Shown here piece by piece: positions 58,313-64,000 of a stretch of 64,000 bases of DNA. The notes beneath the pieces were generated by a model. That model saw only the letters and a program-made list of their open reading frames with translations, had not been told where the DNA came from and searched no databases. The position numbers and the translations under genes were made by a program. Position 1 is the stretch's first letter, and each line of letters opens with the position of its first letter. Origin of the DNA: Acidimicrobiales bacterium (GTDB lineage Bacteria; Actinomycetota; Acidimicrobiia; Acidimicrobiales; VFJN01); assembly GCA_035316325.1 (NCBI GenBank), contig DATHJB010000033.1, positions 21,510-85,509 of the forward strand, written 5' to 3'.

Positions 58313-59173
58313 CTACGGATCGACGGTGCGGGCCTGGAGGGCGGCCAGGGCGGCGGCGGCCTGTTGCGCCACGGGGCCGTCGGCGCCGGGGAGGGCGCGG
58401 CCGTTGATCGCGTGCAGGGGCTGGGCGTCGCGGGTCGACGACGTGAGCAGCACCTCGGTCACGTCGTCGTCGGCCAGGCGCTCGATCGGCATGTCCTCCT
58501 CGTCGGCCCCGGGCAACTCCTCCAGGAGCAGCGCCCGGGTCACGCCACCGAGGCAGCCCGACAGCAGCGACGGCGTCAGGAGCCGCCCGTCGACCACCAC
58601 GAACACGTTGCTGCCCGTGCCCTCGCACAGGGCGCCGGCCAGGTTGGGGAAGATCGCCTCGGTCGCGCCCAGCTTGGCCGCCTCGGCCAGCGCCACCACG
58701 TTCTCGGCGTAGGACGTGGTCTTCAGCCCGGCGACGGCGCTGCGCTCGTTGCGGGGCCACGGCACGGTGATGGCGGTCGTCGACGGGTCCCACGACGTCG
58801 CCCGGGCCGCCACCACGACCAGCGTCGGCCCGGCACTGCCCCGGTCCGAGCCCAGCGGCGCCGGCCCGCCGGTCAGCGTGATCCGCAGCCGCCCGGCCGC
58901 AGGGCCGACCGCGGCGATCACCTCGTCCATGGCGATGCGCAGCTTGTCGGGCCCGATCGGGACGTCGAGGCCGAGCCCGACCGCCGAGCGCTCCAGCCGC
59001 GCGAGGTGGCGGGTCACCGCGAAGGGCCGGCCGTCGACCACCTTGAGCGTCTCGAACACCCCGTCGCCGACGGTGAAGCCGTGGTCGAAGACCGACACTG
59101 ACGCCTCGTCGGGGTCGACGAGCGCCCCGTTGATCCACACTGCCCGGTCGGCGGCACCTGGTGCTGTTGTCAT
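58313..59173 (-). CDS. pabC: Class IV aminotransferase-fold protein, aminodeoxychorismate lyase-like
   Basis: VSVFDHGFTVGDGVFETLKV and the fold-type IV pattern. Proximity to pabB supports ADC lyase over IlvE. Confidence 0.75.
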   Translation of the reverse strand: MTTAPGAADRAVWINGALVDPDEASVSVFDHGFTVGDGVFETLKVVDGRPFAVTRHLARLERSAVGLGLDVPIGPDKLRIAMDEVIAAVGPAAGRLRITLTGGPAPLGSDRGSAGPTLVVVAARATSWDPSTTAITVPWPRNERSAVAGLKTTSYAENVVALAEAAKLGATEAIFPNLAGALCEGTGSNVFVVVDGRLLTPSLLSGCLGGVTRALLLEELPGADEEDMPIERLADDDVTEVLLTSSTRDAQPLHAINGRALPGADGPVAQQAAAALAALQARTVDP

Positions 59174-59280
59174 GGGATTGGCATCTTGGCCGACCGGAGG
59201 GGCCGAGTCGACGATGATTACCCTCGCTCACGTCGAGCCCGGGGCATGGGGATGCCCGGGCCACACGCCGAGGGGGCAGG

Positions 59281-60540
59281 ATGACGCAGAGACTGCGTGC
59301 GTTCGGGGTCGGGGTGGTCGCGATGACGCTGGCCGGGTGCTGGTACCAGCCCGGCCAGGGGCCCGACCGGACGGGCTACAACCCGTTCGAGACCGTGATC
59401 AGCGCGGCCAACGTGGCCGACCTCACCGAGCAGTGGACCGCCCCGACCGACGAGGTCGGCGTGGGCGACCCGGTCGTGTCGAACGCCGGCGTCCACGTCA
59501 ACGCCGGAAACGGGTCCTACTACGGCTTCGACCCGGCGACCGGCACCCGCCTGTGGAAGCGCGATCTGGCGCCCGAGGGCTCCTTCCTCTTCGGGTCGCA
59601 GCCGTTCGCCGATGCCGGCACGCTGCTCGTCAGCTACGGGCGCGGCAACCTCGGTGGCAGCTACACCGTCGAGCGGCTCGACGGGGCGACGGGCGCGTCG
59701 CTCGGCATCGTCGACACCTTCGGCGTCGTCAACGGCCAGCGCGGGTCGCTGATGGTGCAGCACCGCGTGGGCTTCGGCTCGGGGGGCCCGGTGGCGACGT
59801 CGCTGAAGGTCTCGGACTCCGCCGACCCGGCGGTCGGCTGGTCGGGGATCGTCTACCCGTCGACCAACATGTCGGCCCCAGCCGTGACGCTGGGTGAGGC
59901 GGGCGTGTACCAGGCCGGCATCGGCTTCGTCTCGACGGCCGACCCGTTCACGTTCGGCAACGGCGTGCGGGCGTGGGCGCTGTCCGGGGTGGCGACCTGC
60001 GGATCGCCCGGGATCCGCTGCCCGAAGTGGGCCACGCCGCTCGACGGCTCGGGCACCATCCCGGTGCTGAACGACGCCGAGTCCGTGCTGTACACGGCGA
60101 CCGCAGCGGGCACGGCCTACGCCGTGAGCACGGCCGACGGCTCGATCCTGTGGTCGGCCCCGCTGGGCGCGCCGGCGTCGGCCATCCCGGCGCTGGCCGA
60201 CGGGGTGCTGTACGTCCCGACCGCCGACGGCCGCCTGGTGGCTCTCGACGGCGACGGCTGTGGTGCCGTCACGTGTTCCCCGTTGTGGTCCGCCACGGGC
60301 GGTGCCGGCACGACGGGCTCGATCGGCGACCAGCCGGCGGTCGCCGGGGGCGTGGTGTTCACGGGCTGGGGCGACGGGTCGGTGCACGCGTTCGCCGCGG
60401 CCGGCTGTGGTTCGGCGACGTGCTCGCCGCTGTGGTCGGCGTCGACCGGCAGCGCCATCTCGGGCGCCCCGGCGGTGTCCAACGGGCAGCTCTACGTCGG
60501 CACGCAGGACGGCCGCGTGGTCGCCTACGGGCTCGACTAG
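59281..60540 (+). CDS. PQQ-like beta-propeller repeat lipoprotein
   Basis: Lipobox MTLAGC. Repeated YGFDPATGTRLW / AVSTADGSILW / LVALDG motifs. Twin GCG(A/S)xTCSPLWSA motifs. Confidence 0.8.
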   Translation: MTQRLRAFGVGVVAMTLAGCWYQPGQGPDRTGYNPFETVISAANVADLTEQWTAPTDEVGVGDPVVSNAGVHVNAGNGSYYGFDPATGTRLWKRDLAPEGSFLFGSQPFADAGTLLVSYGRGNLGGSYTVERLDGATGASLGIVDTFGVVNGQRGSLMVQHRVGFGSGGPVATSLKVSDSADPAVGWSGIVYPSTNMSAPAVTLGEAGVYQAGIGFVSTADPFTFGNGVRAWALSGVATCGSPGIRCPKWATPLDGSGTIPVLNDAESVLYTATAAGTAYAVSTADGSILWSAPLGAPASAIPALADGVLYVPTADGRLVALDGDGCGAVTCSPLWSATGGAGTTGSIGDQPAVAGGVVFTGWGDGSVHAFAAAGCGSATCSPLWSASTGSAISGAPAVSNGQLYVGTQDGRVVAYGLD

Positions 60541-61562
60541 GACGTGCTCGAGGCGACGGCGAGGAGGCGGTGGGCCTTGAGCTCGGTCTCGGCCCACTCG
60601 CCCTCGGGTGTCGAGTCCCAGGTGATGCCGCCGCCCGTGCCGAGGTGGAGGAGCCCGTCGTCGATCCAGAAGGTGCGGATGGCGACGTTGAGGTCGCCCT
60701 GGCGGCGGTCGGCGTCGACCCAGCCCACCGCGCCGCAGTAGACGCCCCGGGGCACCGGCTCCAGGCGGGAGATGACGTCGAGCGCCGCCAGCTTGGGGGC
60801 GCCGGTGACCGACCCCGGCGGGAAGGTGGCGGCGATCACCTCGGGCCAGCCGACGCCGTCGCGCAGGCGTCCGGTCACCGTCGAGACCAGGTGGACCAGG
60901 CCGGGGTGGGGCTCGACGGCGCACAGTGCGGGCACCTCCACGGACCCCCACTCGCATACCCGGCCCAGGTCGTTGCGGACGAGGTCGACGATCATCACGT
61001 TCTCGGCCCGGTCCTTGGGCAGGAGGTCCTCGGGGCGGGCGGCGGTGCCCTTGATGGGCGACGACGCGACGTCGCGGCCGTCGCGGCGCAGGAAGCGCTC
61101 CGGCGAGGCGGAGGCGACGTGGCAGCCGATCTGGGGGATGCGGACGACGGCCGAGTAGGGGGCGGGGTTGCCGGCGCCCAGGGCGGCCCCGAGGGCGGCG
61201 ACGTCGGGCTCGCCGTCGCCGTGGTCGGGGAGGGGGGCGGCCAGCCGGCGGGTGAGGTTCACCTGGTAGACGTCGCCGGCGGCGATCGACTCCCGGATCG
61301 ACTCGACGCCGGCGCAGAACTTGCCCTCGTCGAGCGAGGAGACCCAGGAGTCCGGATGGGGGCCGCGCCACGGCGGGCCGGGCCAGGGACGGGCGGGACG
61401 GACGGTGGCGAAGCGGGCGCAGATGGCCGGGCCCTCGAAGGGCACCACCACCGCCCACTGGCCCTCGCTGTCGAGCGCGGCCAGGTCGGAGGTGACGTCG
61501 ACCAGGTTGGTCAGCAACCGGCCGCCCACCACGGCCAGCGGCGCGAGATCGGTCAGGGCCAC
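60537..61562 (-). CDS. pabB: Aminodeoxychorismate synthase component I (chorismate-binding enzyme)
   Basis: SPERFL, PIKGT, MIVDLVRND, TFPPGSVTGAPK, RGVYCGAVGW. Confidence 0.85.
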   Translation of the reverse strand: MALTDLAPLAVVGGRLLTNLVDVTSDLAALDSEGQWAVVVPFEGPAICARFATVRPARPWPGPPWRGPHPDSWVSSLDEGKFCAGVESIRESIAAGDVYQVNLTRRLAAPLPDHGDGEPDVAALGAALGAGNPAPYSAVVRIPQIGCHVASASPERFLRRDGRDVASSPIKGTAARPEDLLPKDRAENVMIVDLVRNDLGRVCEWGSVEVPALCAVEPHPGLVHLVSTVTGRLRDGVGWPEVIAATFPPGSVTGAPKLAALDVISRLEPVPRGVYCGAVGWVDADRRQGDLNVAIRTFWIDDGLLHLGTGGGITWDSTPEGEWAETELKAHRLLAVASSTS

Positions 61563-61624
61563 GATCCTCCGCAGCCTACGAGTGGGGCGTTCACGGCGGT
61601 GAACCCTTAGTTGTCACCCATCCA

Positions 61625-61650
61625 ACCACCCCGCCGCCGCCCCAAGCGGT
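61625..61650 (+). repeat. 26-nt exact repeat ACCACCCCGCCGCCGCCCCAAGCGGT, copy B (upstream of the acyl-CoA dehydrogenase gene)
   Basis: Identical to 52590..52615. Followed by the hairpin GAAGG-GCTGCG-CCTTC. Confidence 0.85.
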
Positions 61651-61697
61651 GAAGGGCTGCGCCTTCACTGTCACACCCTGGCCGTACGATCCCTTCC

Positions 61698-62867
61698 ATG
61701 CACGTGGAGCTCACGGACGAGCAGGAGCAGCTTCGAGAGGTCGTCCGAGACTTCGCGGCGGCGGAGATCGCGCCCTGGGCCTACGAGTGGGACCGCGACC
61801 ACGCCTTCCCCGTCGACACCGTGCTGAAGATGGGGGAGCTGGGGCTGTTCGGCATCCCCTTCCCGGAGCGCTACGGCGGCGGGGGCGCCGACCTCACCAC
61901 CCTGTGCATCGCCATCGAGGAGCTGGGCCGGGTCGACCAGTCGTTGGCGATCACGCTCGAGGCCGCGGTCGGCCTGGGCGCCACGCCGATCCACCGCTTC
62001 GGCACCGAGGAGCAGCGGGAGCAGTGGTTGCCCGACCTGTGCGCCGGGCGGGCGCTCGCGGGGTTCGGGCTGACCGAGCCCGATGCCGGCAGCGACGCCG
62101 GCCGCACCCGCACCACCGCCACGCTCGACGAGGCCGCGGGCGAGTGGGTGATCGACGGCGAGAAGGCGTTCATCACCAACTCGGGCACGCCGATCACGTC
62201 GTTCGTCACGGTCACGGCCCGCACCGGGGAGCGGGAGCCCGGCGGCAAGCTCCCGGAGATCTCCACGATCATCGTGCCGGCGGGCACGCCCGGCTTCGAG
62301 GTGCAGCCGCCCTACCGGAAGATGGGCTGGCACGCGTCCGACACCCACGGGCTGAGCTTCAGCGGCTGCCGGGTGCCGGAGTCGAACCTGCTGGGCGGGC
62401 GGGGTCGGGGCTTCCCCCAGTTCCTGGAGACGCTCGACGAGGGGCGCATCGCCATCGCCGCACTGGCCGTGGGCGTCATCCGGTGCTGCCTCGACGAGTC
62501 GGTGCGCTACGCCAACGACCGCGTGGCGTTCGGCCAGGCGATCGGGTCGAACCAGGCGGTGGCGTTCGCCTGCGCCGACATGGCCGCCATGGCGGAGGCC
62601 GCCCGGCTGCTCACGTACCACGCCGCCTGGCTGTGCGACACCGGGCGACCGTTCAAACGGGCGGCGGCCATCGCCAAGCTGACCGCCACCGAGTCGGCGG
62701 TCACGGCCACCCGGATGGCCACCCAGGTGTTCGGCGGCTCGGGGTTCATGGACGAGACGCTGGTCGCCCGCCAGTACCGCGACGCCAAGGTGCTGGAGAT
62801 CGGTGAGGGCACCAGCGAGATCCAACGGTTGGTGATCGCCCGCGACCTAGGTTTGCCGGTCCGATGA
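61698..62867 (+). CDS. Acyl-CoA dehydrogenase
   Basis: GLTEPDAGSD, FITNSG, QVFGGSGF...YRDAKVLEIGEGTSEIQR. Confidence 0.93.
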   Translation: MHVELTDEQEQLREVVRDFAAAEIAPWAYEWDRDHAFPVDTVLKMGELGLFGIPFPERYGGGGADLTTLCIAIEELGRVDQSLAITLEAAVGLGATPIHRFGTEEQREQWLPDLCAGRALAGFGLTEPDAGSDAGRTRTTATLDEAAGEWVIDGEKAFITNSGTPITSFVTVTARTGEREPGGKLPEISTIIVPAGTPGFEVQPPYRKMGWHASDTHGLSFSGCRVPESNLLGGRGRGFPQFLETLDEGRIAIAALAVGVIRCCLDESVRYANDRVAFGQAIGSNQAVAFACADMAAMAEAARLLTYHAAWLCDTGRPFKRAAAIAKLTATESAVTATRMATQVFGGSGFMDETLVARQYRDAKVLEIGEGTSEIQRLVIARDLGLPVR

Positions 62868-64000
62868 GCGCTCCCGACCACGACGAGCCCGCGGGGCCGG
62901 GGCGCCACCACCCGCGGCGGCGACGGCGGGGGTGGCTGCAGCGGTTGGTGATCTTCGGCGGGATCATGAGCAGCCTGGCGTTGGCGGCGAGCGCGGGGAC
63001 CTTCGGCTACGTGTACCGCAAGGCCGAGAAGATCCCGCGGGTGGAGCTGTCGAGCGTCCTGGAGGACGCTCCGGAGGCGTCGGGCGAGCCGCAGAACTAC
63101 CTCATCGTGGGCGTCGACAACGCCGACGGGCTCCCCGTCGACGACCCGGTGCGCAACGACCGCGACTCGCAGATGCTCAACGACGTGGTGATGGTGCTGC
63201 GCATCGACCCGAGCGAGCGCAAGGCCGAGCTGCTGTCGCTGCCGCGCGACCTGTGGGTCCCCTACGGCGACACCGGCGACCACGCCCGCATCAACACCGC
63301 CATCTCCCGGGGCAACGGGCGGCCCGACGTGCTGATCGCCCTGATGCGCGACTACCTCGGCATCCCGATCCACCACTACGTCCAGCTCGAGTTCGCCGGG
63401 TTCCGCGACCTGGTGGCCGCCATCGACGGCGTGCCCGTCTACTTCCCGTACCCGGCCCGCGACCGGAACTCGGGCCTCAGCATCCTGCAGACCGGGTGCG
63501 TCACGCTCGATCCGGTCCAGGCGCTGGCCTACGCCCGGGCCCGCCACTACGACGAGCTCATCGACGGGGAGTGGGTGCGCGACCCCCGCTCCGACCTGGG
63601 TCGCATCGCCCGTCAGCAGGACTTCATCCGTCGGGCCCTCGACCGGGCCGCGAGCAAGGGCGCCCGCAACCCCGGCACGCTCGACCGCCTGCTCGACGTC
63701 GCGCTCTCCAGCGTCACCATCGACGACGCGCTGACCACCGGCGACATCTTCGACCTGGCCCAGCGGTTCCGGCAGTTCGACCCCGACAGCCTGAAGACCT
63801 ACACGGTGCCGGTGGAGCGCACCTTCAAGGGCGCGGCCGACGTGGTCCTGCTGCAGGAGGCCGCGGCCGAGCCGACCCTGGCCCGCTTCCGGGGCGACCC
63901 CGAGCCGGAGGACTCCGACGATTCGGGCGGCGACGATGACGACATCAGCGACATCGCGCCCGCCTCGGTGCGGCTGACGGTGCGCAACGGGTCGGGGGTA
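62864..64000 (+). CDS. LytR-CpsA-Psr (LCP) family cell-wall glycopolymer ligase (3' end cut by window edge)
   Basis: This ORF is not in the supplied track because it runs off the window; it was translated by hand. N-terminal TM helix (LVIFGGIMSSLALAASAG), then NYLIVGVD...DVVMVLRIDP...LLSLPRDLWV...INTA. ATGA overlap with the acyl-CoA dehydrogenase stop. Confidence 0.85.
   Translation, partial: MSAPDHDEPAGPGRHHPRRRRRGWLQRLVIFGGIMSSLALAASAGTFGYVYRKAEKIPRVELSSVLEDAPEASGEPQNYLIVGVDNADGLPVDDPVRNDRDSQMLNDVVMVLRIDPSERKAELLSLPRDLWVPYGDTGDHARINTAISRGNGRPDVLIALMRDYLGIPIHHYVQLEFAGFRDLVAAIDGVPVYFPYPARDRNSGLSILQTGCVTLDPVQALAYARARHYDELIDGEWVRDPRSDLGRIARQQDFIRRALDRAASKGARNPGTLDRLLDVALSSVTIDDALTTGDIFDLAQRFRQFDPDSLKTYTVPVERTFKGAADVVLLQEAAAEPTLARFRGDPEPEDSDDSGGDDDDISDIAPASVRLTVRNGSGV

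Overview
A 64-kb stretch of very high-GC (roughly 70% by eye) chromosomal DNA. Its gene content points to an actinobacterium, possibly Acidimicrobiia-like, though that is not provable from sequence alone. Coding density is high and many adjacent genes share 4-nt ATGA/GTGA stop-start overlaps. I found no rRNA, tRNA, CRISPR array, transposase, integrase or prophage genes. Layout: (i) 1-6.6 kb is a DNA-repair neighbourhood with an RqlH-like RecQ helicase carrying a ComF-like C-terminal domain, a DprA-like protein, a DUF559 protein, Ku and a stand-alone LigD polymerase domain. (ii) 6.6-18.8 kb holds housekeeping genes: TlpA-like redoxin, metH, 2-hydroxyacid dehydrogenase, PduO-type adenosyltransferase, pepA, a GH84 glycosidase and a Sir2 deacylase. 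(iii) About 18.9-46.8 kb is a large cell-envelope glycan cluster. It contains a MOP flippase, a Wzm/Wzt ABC exporter with a Wzt C-terminal carbohydrate-binding domain, five GT2 and two GT4 enzymes, three GT-C-like membrane proteins, two MprF-TM-like 'flippase-like' proteins, six methyltransferases, an FG-GAP repeat protein and an embedded ECF sigma/META-domain pair. (iv) 46.8-64 kb encodes meaB, methylmalonyl-CoA mutase, an LpdA-like flavoprotein, a LigD phosphoesterase fused to a degenerate ligase-like domain, acyl-CoA carboxylase alpha, birA, pabC, pabB, an acyl-CoA dehydrogenase and an LCP-family ligase. Non-coding signals: a four-copy ~55-bp palindromic REP-like element at gene 3' ends, an exact 26-nt repeat upstream of two genes, and ~30-bp-spaced direct repeats in one divergent promoter. 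All functional calls rest on motif recognition in the supplied translations. No database search was run.
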